DNA of 63,909 nucleotides, counting the filler, from an uncultured bacterium (lineage in GTDB: Bacteria > Auribacterota > CAZIXI01): the NCBI GenBank assembly GCA_964543115.1. It is 3 parts of 3 records of this genome, joined end to end, with 100 filler letters (N's around TTAATTAATTAA, not from the genome) between each part and the next. Parts side by side here need not be neighbours in the genome. Positions count along the whole stretch, not along the records: positions 1 to 27,181 come from CAZIXI010000011.1; 2 more parts are not named here. One strand, given 5' to 3'. The notes below the pieces were generated by a model. The model did not search any database. It was not told the origin of the DNA and was given only the letters and a program-made list of their open reading frames with translations. Both the position numbers and the translations under genes were made by a program. Shown in pieces: positions 1 to 8,252 of the stretch (its first letter is position 1; every line of letters begins with the position of its first letter).

Positions 1-228
1 AGTTCTAGCTTTAGTAACATTTTCAAGAACAGATTTTTCATGCTTCATATAGCCCTTGGCTGTTTCGATCAGGTTAGGGATCAGGTCATGACGTCTCTTC
101 AGCTGGACGTCAATCTGGCTCCAGGCGTTCTTAACCTGATTGCGCAGGCGGACCAGGGCATTGTATATCCCAATGAAGGCTATAATAGGGATAACGATAA
201 TTGCTAAAATTACCAATAATGGTATCAT
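1..228 (-). CDS. lemA: LemA family protein (3' end runs off the window)
   Basis: Not in the ORF track. My translation from ATG at 228 (SD AAGGAGG at 234-240) gives [76 protein letters not shown]. This is an N-terminal TM followed by the LemA signature YN.LV...[18 protein letters not shown]. Confidence 0.92.
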   Translation of the reverse strand, partial: MIPLLVILAIIVIPIIAFIGIYNALVRLRNQVKNAWSQIDVQLKRRHDLIPNLIETAKGYMKHEKSVLENVTKART

Positions 229-241
229 ATTTACCTCCTTT

Positions 242-274
242 AATTTTAGATTTTGGAATGCGGATTGCGGATTT
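242..274 (-). repeat. 33-bp heptamer tract (4 x [A/C]AATC[C/T][G/A]-like + AAATT) upstream of the lemA SD
   Basis: Minus strand reads AAATCCG CAATCCG CATTCCA AAATCTA AAATT. The same architecture occurs at 21978-22010 and 27402-27434. Confidence 0.8.
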
Positions 275-293
275 AAAAATACAAGACGCAATG

Positions 294-698
294 CTACGCG
301 ATTTCCGGATCGTTCTTTTTCCCAAACATATCTTGTAACAGATTGAGTACCTTATTCTCTTTATCCAAGCTGCCCAAGGTAATTACCTCTTCTAATTCAT
401 TTTGATCAAACCAGAGGCCGTCACCGCGGGAGCATTTATCAATAAGGATTTTTTTCTCTGGGCCGCAGAGGATTTTAACCATTTTTTTGCGGCAGATGGG
501 GCATCTTCTTTTTTTCTCCCGGCTTGTTTTCTCGGTAGTTAAAGAGGAGAGGAGTTCGTTCTTTTTGCTGGTTTCTTCCAACAGTAGTTCCAGCTCACCG
601 GCATCCAGCCAGATACCACCGCAGCCGGTGCAGTTATCTATTTCTACACCATGGAGCTCTAAAACAATCATTGGTTCACGGCATACTGGACAATCCAT
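294..698 (-). CDS. Double zf-TFIIB-like zinc-ribbon protein
   Basis: MDCPVC...[20 protein letters not shown] and a second CPIC...[18 protein letters not shown] unit match the zf-TFIIB (C..C..C..C.G.WLD.GEL) pattern. Confidence 0.8.
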   Translation of the reverse strand: MDCPVCREPMIVLELHGVEIDNCTGCGGIWLDAGELELLLEETSKKNELLSSLTTEKTSREKKRRCPICRKKMVKILCGPEKKILIDKCSRGDGLWFDQNELEEVITLGSLDKENKVLNLLQDMFGKKNDPEIA

Positions 699-733
699 AG
701 GCCTTATTCTATCAAAAAGTTAGAATATGTCAA
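699..733 (-). promoter_or_regulatory. Sigma70-type promoter, probably giving a leaderless transcript
   Basis: Minus strand: TTGACA (733-728), 16 nt, TG-A-TAGAAT (-10 at 711-706), 7 nt, ATG at 698. No SD is present. Confidence 0.6.
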
Positions 734-933
734 TAAATGACCTAGTGCTGGCTAGGCAAAACTGGACACGTTTTTGTATTAAAATAATACAGTGGACAGA
801 ATAGCTGAAATACCTACCACTATAACAGCATATAAAGCAAATACTTACATTAATTATTATTATATTAAATATGGCACGAAATATGCTTCTATATATTATA
901 ACGAAAGTATTGACATATTTAAGGGGCCGTAAC

Positions 934-3900
934 ATGAGATATATTATTAAGGGAATCAGTTTGGTTGTTGCCTTTACCTTTACGGTTAATTGCCTGCTCT
1001 GGGCAGTGCCGGAACAGGGTTTTTCTACTAGTGCCCCTAAACCTGCCGATAATAAGTTAAGCCTGGATGATTTCCATATCCCCGAACAATACGGACGGGT
1101 GGAGCAAGAAGCGGATGAAAAACTGTTTCGGATAAGGTCAAAGGAAGTGGGCAGAGAACAGGCTGGCGACCGGGTGGTTTTCCTAATCAAGGACGCGCAC
1201 TGTGTTTTTGAGGCGCAAAAGAATATTGGTCGGATTATAAATCTCTTAAACAGGGATCACCAGGTGGATCTGGTTTGCGTGGAAGGGGCCAGCGGCCTGG
1301 TGCAGCCGGAAATCCTGGCGGTTTCCCCGGATGAGGCCAGACGGCGGCAGGTTGCCGATAAATATTTAAAAAACGGTTATCTGACCGCTGCCGAGGCGAT
1401 TGCCATGGTGGCGGGAAAGGAATGTTCTTTTCAAATCCGCGGTGTAGAAAACCTGGATCTTTATTTGAAGGATCTGGAGGTATTCCGCAATGTTTATGAG
1501 GGCAGTCAGACCGCCGATACCTTCTTTCGTTTCTGCAGCCGAATGGTGCATAACCTTAAAGAAAAACTATTTTCTCCCTCCGCCCTGGTTTTTGATAAGA
1601 GGATTATGGCCTACAGAAGTAAGGGCACGACACTTTCCGAAACGATTTTTTATCTGGCGGAATTTAATCAGCAACGCCTCTCAGAGTATCCGGAACTGCA
1701 TTTGATTTTTAGAACTATCCAGCTGGAATCGGCGATAGATTTTACCAAGGTGGAAGAGGAAAGGATTGATCTAATCAGGACCTTGGAAAGCAGCCTGGAG
1801 AAAGAAGAGGTTTCCAGTCTGGTTAAGCACAGCCTGCTTTTCAAGGCGGGTAAGATTTCTTCCTATACATATTACGGTTATTTGAAGAAGTTAATGTCCA
1901 CGGATGATTTAAAGATCTATCCTAATCTCTACCGTTATATCCGCCTCGTTAAAATGGAAGCGATGATTAATTCCGGACAAATGTTCCAGGAATTAGATAG
2001 ATTGATTGAAGATACCTATAAGGACTTCCTCAAAGACAAACTGGCCCGGGAACTGCACGAGATAGATGAGCAGGTAAGTTTATTGCAGAAATTACTGAAG
2101 CTGGAGCTAACCAGGGAACAATGGCTGAAATATCAACACACAAACATCAACATTGCCGGGATAGCTAACTTTCTTAACATTCGGGCCAACATCTACTCCT
2201 TACAGGTACCGCCGGAATTTACCGACGCTGATTTTATCAGTCAGATGCAGGATTTTTTGCGGTGGCCGGAAAAATTTTATCATTACGCCGTAGAGAGGGA
2301 CGGAGTACTGGTGGGCAATCTGATCAAGCGCATGGAAGAGGCCGACCGTGACCGGGCGGCATTAATCATCGGTGGTTTTCACGCGAACGGAGTAGAGGAA
2401 GAACTGCGGGGTAAGGGCTATCAGGTAATTACCGTTACGCCAACGATTACCAAGAGTGATCCGAAGGCAAAAGAAATTTATCTTTCGCGGATGATGGACA
2501 AAAGCATCCAGCCGGAAGAAATCCTTGCGCGCCGCCGAGAGGCCGCCGCTACTCTGCAGCAACCGTTAATTACCGCGGCAGAGTTCCAGGCGGCAGAAGA
2601 AGCTTTAATAGCCGAGATTCAGGATGCTCAATTACGGGGAAAAGTAGAGCGGGTTGTCGCCGGAGCGGAAGAGGATTTTTCCGCAGCGGAATTGGCCCGG
2701 GTGCGCTCGGTGCTTGCTCAGTGGGAAGCGCGGCGTCCGGATTCCTCAGCGGTGGCGGTGCTGCGGGATGTTATACAGACGGCCGAAGGAAAAGAGGCTG
2801 CGCCGGCGGCAGAAACGCCTGACCGTGCCCCGCCGGCAGCCAGTATCCCGGAACTTAAAAGGCAATTTCCGGGTGAGATTGACGAAGAGGCGCTGCGTTT
2901 CGAGCACAGGGACTATATGACGGAGGTGGCCCCGAAGATAGAAGAATATGGATTACTGGCCGGGGGATTGCTTCTTTTGCATAAAAGAACAATTAACAGT
3001 GAAGAATGGGGGGAAGCACTTTCATTGGCTGTGCAAAAAATTAAAAGAATTAATTTACAGGGATTGTTTTATCTGGTTGGTTACCGCACTTTCCCGGTAA
3101 TTTCTTTTATGCTGATGTTGTTTTCACCATTCTCCTGGGGCCTTGCTGTTGCCGTTATCTTGATGAATTTAGTGCCAACGATCGCCTTTATTCTTGCCCA
3201 CCCGCAGGAAAAATTACCGGCCATCGTGCTTAGTCTGGTAATTACTGCTTTGGGCAGCGGATTGGCTGCTGGACTGGGTTTTCTAGCAGCGGCGGTTTCT
3301 CCGTCCATGCTGTTTATTGGTCTTGGTTTTATCCTTGTGCCGGTGTTATTACATGGTTGGATCAATTACTATGTGACTACTAAGCTAAGATATAAAAAAC
3401 TTTTTGCGGATGAAACAAAAAAAGAAGCTGCTGTTCAGCAAAGCTATAATTGGGCGCTGAATCGTATCTTAGACGAACAGGAAATGGAAGAGTTCAAGGC
3501 CAAAAATGAAGATTCAAAACATTATATCTCGGCCGACAAAATAGTAAATTTGCTTAATGCGGATTTTGATGAAGCAAAGAGTGCCCAAAGGTTATTGAAC
3601 AAGGAAAACCTGGGGTTGGCTGTTATGCTGATGGGCAGAGATGGTCTGACGGCAGAGCAGGTCTTGGCGGTTTTTCGGGAGGCCCGGCAGAATGAACAAT
3701 ATGCCCGCTTGCTGGAGTTAAGAATGGCTGGTAACCTTAGCGGCCGGGATCTGACGGCGGAAGAGGATTTGTCCCTGGCAACACTGGCGGTTCTTTATAA
3801 TAATCTGGGGACGATGTTGGCGAGAACAATAGTGAGTTTTAACAAAAATCTGGCTGGAAGTTCATCTGGTAATCTACAGGCACATAATTATCTGCAGCTC

Positions 3901-6900
3901 TTAAACCGTCGGATGGGTAAGCCACCCGCAGCTGATAAAGCGTTTATGTTGACGGATTTAAAAGAAATGTTAGGTGAAGTTGATGATCAGCGGTTAATGC
4001 GTATAGTAAGCGGTCTGGGTTTTACCATAGCTGAAGGCGGTGAGATATTCATGCCGTTTAATCTGGTGACTGCAGTATACCGGGGTACGGTGTCGGCGAT
4101 GAATGAGCTTGGTTCACACTTTGTTACCGTTAATCCCATGGCCTTGCTGGATTATGCCCAATCATATTTGCAAGAGGTTGATGACCTGATGCTTTATTTT
4201 GTTAATAATTTTCAAGACAATGATGCAGCAGCCCGGTATCCAAAGACGCGGGATGATATAGGATATTCTTTTGCCTATACCAGGTATTTTGCTAGAAATC
4301 CCGAGGAATTGGAACAGAAAAACCTGATGGTTGCCCAGGGAGTGGCTATTCCGGAATTTGCCCGGAAAAGAACGGTTGCTCTTCATGGTGAATCTTTGGA
4401 GGGGGCTGGTGTTACTGATTTCGTAAAATTACTTTCCTGGCAATTACGAGAACGTGTTTCTGAGGCGGCTTTATTAGAGAATCTGCAACGGATTAGCCAA
4501 GAGAATCTTTCAGCAAGAGAAAAAGGAAAGGTGATTGCGAGGATTCAGGAAGCTGCTAAGAAGCTGAGGGAAGAATGCGGATTTACCTATCTCTATTGGT
4601 TGGTGAATTACGGTTATTTGGAAGATCAGGCTTTTCTGATGAAGTTGGTAAATGTTACAGGCAGTGAACAGGAGAAGGAGGGACAGTTAAAGCAGCTTTT
4701 GAGTCAAAGGCGAAGGCAATCTTGCCGGGAAACAGCGGTAAAGATTGATCCTGCTAATGCCACATCGGCGCAGGAGTTTTTAGCGGGAACTTACGCGGGT
4801 AAATTGGCGCCGCAGGGAAAGAAGCCGGACTTAGAAACCGTAAGCAGAAAGTATCAGCGGCAATATTTGGAAAAGGTGCGCAGCGGACTGTTGGAAGAAG
4901 CTAACGACAAAAAAAGTGCGTTTAATCTGCTGGATTATTTAAATGTTAAAAGAGAAATGAGAGAAGTTACCGGTTTAGAATCGGCTTCCTGGGAAGATGT
5001 GGGTACGGTAGGACAGGCAGTGTTCTCCGGAGAAACTGCCCGGGAACAAAGATTGGCTGAAGTTGAAGAAGAGCAAAGAGCGGAATTAGTGAGTTCTTGG
5101 CAGGAGGAAGTGGCTGACAAATCAGCTTTGCAAGGATCACTAGCGGAAATGCGGGATAGAATGCCGCCGGGTTCCGCCAGTGCTGCTTCCGGAGAATTAG
5201 CTGCTTTTCAGCCTGATCAGGACTGGTTTGCCCTGGAGGTATCTGATGCTACTGGTGGCCGTTTAAGCCATGGAATTGCTCATGAAACCAGGGTGCTTTT
5301 ACTGGCGGATTTATTATTGAGAACAATATATCGGGACGCTGATGTTGATCAAGCTGCGGTAAGATGGGGTTCTGTGGCACATGATGTTGGTATTGAATCA
5401 GAGGAAGCCTTGTGGTTTGGGGATGGTTATGCCGCCCATGGACAACAGTCAGCCGAGCGGTTGACAGAAAGCAAAACACTAGCCGGGTTACGGGCAAAGA
5501 TCGGGGCGTCGTTTGCCCTTGTGCAGAAGCTGGCCAAATATCATTCTATGCGTGATCGGGCAGCGGCCAGTGAAGATAGTCAAGCCCGGCTCGCTTTAGA
5601 GATCCTCAAACGGGCAGACAGCCTGGATCGTATTGGCGGTGCCCAGGGCCAGGCGGACCTAGAGGCGAATCCTGATTATAGAAAGTTTATGGAAGATCCG
5701 GCCACGGCGCATTTACATCAGATTGCCCTTTGGTTACATGAAATCAGTGAGGATTTAATCGATAAGGGAGTTGCGGATGAATATACGGCGGTAATTGAAG
5801 CGGGCCGTGTTCTGGGTTTGGTGGACGCGCAGTCTACACCGGTTGAACAGGTACCGGCACTAGCGGCGATTGCTATGAAGCCCATCGGGCGAAAGATGAG
5901 TCCAGAGGAGAAAGCTGAACTGGATAGCCGGCAAGATGCGTTTAGTGGAAAAGCGGGCAGAGAAGCAGCGTCTGCTGCGGAATATGCAACTGATAATGAA
6001 TTTACGGTTGATCTAAGCTGGGACAATTCCAGTGCCCTGGTAATTGAGGCGGAATTAGGGAAGGCTGGGGCGTATTCCTTTACCACTGCCGACGGGCGGT
6101 TTATAGTTGTTCTTAATGCCCAGGCTTCTGACGCAGTCAAGGAAGAAGGATTGTTTCATGAATTGCGTGAGTACTTCTGGGTGCAGCAAGGGATAGGCAA
6201 TCCCCACGCGGTAACTGCTTATGAGCAAGCTGTTTTATTTTCCCGTGACGGAGAATTGACGGAGTATCACAGCAGGCAACTGGAGCAGATGATAGAAGAT
6301 TTGAGTTTTGCGGATCTCCTATTTATTGTTAAAGAGGACAGGGCGGCGTATCACCGGTTATTGGCAGGAACACCAGGGGCGTTGGCCACAGTGGCAATGG
6401 TCAGTGCCTATGAAGACAAATTAAAGACGCGCGCGCGGGAGTTGTTAATTAATAAATTAATTGCGGAGTTGAGTGAAAAATTGGATTTGAGTGAAGAAGC
6501 TCTGCGGCAGTTGATGAAGCCGGTTCAGGATGATCTAACAATGGAGTTAACTAATGCCCTTTATCAGCTACTGATTCAGGATGGACAGATAACAGAAGAG
6601 GAATTGGCAATAATTGAGGCCAGCGCGGAAAAAGTGGATAAGCTGTTTGCCGCAGCGGAAGCGCAGGGATTCACGTTTTCAGGAGAGTTGGCACAAGTAA
6701 AGGAAAGGATAACATTGCGTCTGGCCGGAGAAGCATTAGCGAGAAAAATAGCCGAATCCAGCCGGCCGGCGGTTGAGAGCCGGTTACAGGCGGAGTTGAG
6801 TGATCAGGTAGGAGAAGATCTAGTAGGAGAGATTCTAGGCCTGCAGTCGTTTTTTGTGGCTGCGGACGGCAGCGTGCAGAAGTCAATATTTTATGAACAG

Positions 6901-8250
6901 TTCATTAGTCAGGTTTGCCAGGCTCATGGTCTGGCCCGGGAGGCTTTCTCTGCCTTTGAGAATTATCAGCAGACCTTGGCAGAAATTCAAAGTAAAATGG
7001 GCGCTAAGGCTGATCCTCAAATAGTGATTTTGATGGCGCGGTATGCAACCGAAGGTGATGCCCTGCTGGAATCTCTGCCGCAGGGAGAGAGGAAGCAGGA
7101 AAAGAGCAGGATAAGGAGATTGTTCAGTAAAAATGATTTGCAGCATTTGATTGAGGTAGATGAGTTTACACTACCGGAGCAGGCGGAGATTGCCTATGGC
7201 CTGGGCAGCGTAAAGGAAGGCGCTCGGAAGGCCCGGCAATTGAGCGGCCGGTTGACAGCGGTGCGGGCAGGTAACCAGTCGGTAGAACAAGCGGCAAGCA
7301 CGGCAGAAACAGCTGAGGTTATTTTACACTCGGAATATGGTGTGTGCCCGGCGATGGTTGAAGACGGGGTGGTTTCCGAATTGGATAGTGTGCCGGTTGA
7401 TAATGCCGAGGCAAATGCTGCTGCTAAGCAGAAACTAGCCGCTGCCGGAAGAAAATGGGCGTTGGTGGAACAGGGAAGGGCGGAAGAGGCGGTAGCCAAT
7501 CTGGACCGTTCTGCTGCGATGTATCAGGCGGAAGAGACATTTGATAAACTACTCCCAGAGCAGTATAAACGGGAAACATTGGTTGGACAATTACCAGCAA
7601 CCGTCTTTTTGCAGGATAGTTCTCTTTTTGTGGGTACCCCGGCGGAAGTGGGGGAAAGTGAAGGTAAGTATAATATTCGGGATGTTGGGGCCAGCGGGAT
7701 TGCCTTTATTCGCTCAATTCAGGAATCACGCCACCAACAGTATTTTCTCTATCAAACTGAGGCGCAAAAAGAGGCAATGAAGATTTATCTGGCCATGCAC
7801 GGGATTACAGATGCGCAATTCCTGCAGCTGGCGAAAGGAGAAACCTGCCAGGATGTGAAAGGAAAAATTGCTGATCTGGCAGAGAAGACTTTTGTTGCTA
7901 TGCTTGATCAGTCCTTGAGTGAACGGGTAGCGGCAGAGGCCGGTGACCGGGTTTTGCTCAGTAATGAAGAAGGGGCGGACCTTGGACTAATGAGCCGGAT
8001 GGCGATGCTTATGGCAGCGGCCGAGGAAGTTGCTGATGTAGAAATGCCGCTGAAAGAGTTGTTAATGTATTATTATAACGATACTGGCAGCTATTCTGTG
8101 GATGAAATTAGTGATATGGTCACGGAATGGCTGCAAAAAATTTCAGAAAACGGTATTTGGCAGGTTATTCTGCCCAAAATAACGCCTTTTGTGAAAGATT
8201 ACTATGATGCCCTTAAAGGAGCCCGGGAGGTTATCCGTAGTTCGGCGTAA
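934..8250 (+). CDS. Giant (~2440 aa) multidomain membrane/secreted protein: signal/anchor, conserved N-terminal domain, TM bundle, HD domain
   Basis: Uninterrupted ORF 871-8250. The likely start is ATG 934 after AAGGGG, giving MRYIIKGISLVVAFTFTVNCLLWA. It has DAH/VEG/GGFH motifs (1189-2382), a hydrophobic cluster (~3060-3365) and an HD motif set (5269-5631). Confidence 0.85.
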   Translation: MRYIIKGISLVVAFTFTVNCLLWAVPEQGFSTSAPKPADNKLSLDDFHIPEQYGRVEQEADEKLFRIRSKEVGREQAGDRVVFLIKDAHCVFEAQKNIGRIINLLNRDHQVDLVCVEGASGLVQPEILAVSPDEARRRQVADKYLKNGYLTAAEAIAMVAGKECSFQIRGVENLDLYLKDLEVFRNVYEGSQTADTFFRFCSRMVHNLKEKLFSPSALVFDKRIMAYRSKGTTLSETIFYLAEFNQQRLSEYPELHLIFRTIQLESAIDFTKVEEERIDLIRTLESSLEKEEVSSLVKHSLLFKAGKISSYTYYGYLKKLMSTDDLKIYPNLYRYIRLVKMEAMINSGQMFQELDRLIEDTYKDFLKDKLARELHEIDEQVSLLQKLLKLELTREQWLKYQHTNINIAGIANFLNIRANIYSLQVPPEFTDADFISQMQDFLRWPEKFYHYAVERDGVLVGNLIKRMEEADRDRAALIIGGFHANGVEEELRGKGYQVITVTPTITKSDPKAKEIYLSRMMDKSIQPEEILARRREAAATLQQPLITAAEFQAAEEALIAEIQDAQLRGKVERVVAGAEEDFSAAELARVRSVLAQWEARRPDSSAVAVLRDVIQTAEGKEAAPAAETPDRAPPAASIPELKRQFPGEIDEEALRFEHRDYMTEVAPKIEEYGLLAGGLLLLHKRTINSEEWGEALSLAVQKIKRINLQGLFYLVGYRTFPVISFMLMLFSPFSWGLAVAVILMNLVPTIAFILAHPQEKLPAIVLSLVITALGSGLAAGLGFLAAAVSPSMLFIGLGFILVPVLLHGWINYYVTTKLRYKKLFADETKKEAAVQQSYNWALNRILDEQEMEEFKAKNEDSKHYISADKIVNLLNADFDEAKSAQRLLNKENLGLAVMLMGRDGLTAEQVLAVFREARQNEQYARLLELRMAGNLSGRDLTAEEDLSLATLAVLYNNLGTMLARTIVSFNKNLAGSSSGNLQAHNYLQLLNRRMGKPPAADKAFMLTDLKEMLGEVDDQRLMRIVSGLGFTIAEGGEIFMPFNLVTAVYRGTVSAMNELGSHFVTVNPMALLDYAQSYLQEVDDLMLYFVNNFQDNDAAARYPKTRDDIGYSFAYTRYFARNPEELEQKNLMVAQGVAIPEFARKRTVALHGESLEGAGVTDFVKLLSWQLRERVSEAALLENLQRISQENLSAREKGKVIARIQEAAKKLREECGFTYLYWLVNYGYLEDQAFLMKLVNVTGSEQEKEGQLKQLLSQRRRQSCRETAVKIDPANATSAQEFLAGTYAGKLAPQGKKPDLETVSRKYQRQYLEKVRSGLLEEANDKKSAFNLLDYLNVKREMREVTGLESASWEDVGTVGQAVFSGETAREQRLAEVEEEQRAELVSSWQEEVADKSALQGSLAEMRDRMPPGSASAASGELAAFQPDQDWFALEVSDATGGRLSHGIAHETRVLLLADLLLRTIYRDADVDQAAVRWGSVAHDVGIESEEALWFGDGYAAHGQQSAERLTESKTLAGLRAKIGASFALVQKLAKYHSMRDRAAASEDSQARLALEILKRADSLDRIGGAQGQADLEANPDYRKFMEDPATAHLHQIALWLHEISEDLIDKGVADEYTAVIEAGRVLGLVDAQSTPVEQVPALAAIAMKPIGRKMSPEEKAELDSRQDAFSGKAGREAASAAEYATDNEFTVDLSWDNSSALVIEAELGKAGAYSFTTADGRFIVVLNAQASDAVKEEGLFHELREYFWVQQGIGNPHAVTAYEQAVLFSRDGELTEYHSRQLEQMIEDLSFADLLFIVKEDRAAYHRLLAGTPGALATVAMVSAYEDKLKTRARELLINKLIAELSEKLDLSEEALRQLMKPVQDDLTMELTNALYQLLIQDGQITEEELAIIEASAEKVDKLFAAAEAQGFTFSGELAQVKERITLRLAGEALARKIAESSRPAVESRLQAELSDQVGEDLVGEILGLQSFFVAADGSVQKSIFYEQFISQVCQAHGLAREAFSAFENYQQTLAEIQSKMGAKADPQIVILMARYATEGDALLESLPQGERKQEKSRIRRLFSKNDLQHLIEVDEFTLPEQAEIAYGLGSVKEGARKARQLSGRLTAVRAGNQSVEQAASTAETAEVILHSEYGVCPAMVEDGVVSELDSVPVDNAEANAAAKQKLAAAGRKWALVEQGRAEEAVANLDRSAAMYQAEETFDKLLPEQYKRETLVGQLPATVFLQDSSLFVGTPAEVGESEGKYNIRDVGASGIAFIRSIQESRHQQYFLYQTEAQKEAMKIYLAMHGITDAQFLQLAKGETCQDVKGKIADLAEKTFVAMLDQSLSERVAAEAGDRVLLSNEEGADLGLMSRMAMLMAAAEEVADVEMPLKELLMYYYNDTGSYSVDEISDMVTEWLQKISENGIWQVILPKITPFVKDYYDALKGAREVIRSSA

Positions 8251-8252
8251 TA

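Noticed and set aside
910..915. TTGACA as the -35 of the giant gene
   Set aside because: No -10 at 16-18 nt; that position falls on the start codon.
3800..4400. GT2/glucan-synthase-like domain in the giant protein after the TM bundle
   Set aside because: The position is suggestive, but no convincing DxD, TED or QxxRW motifs are visible.
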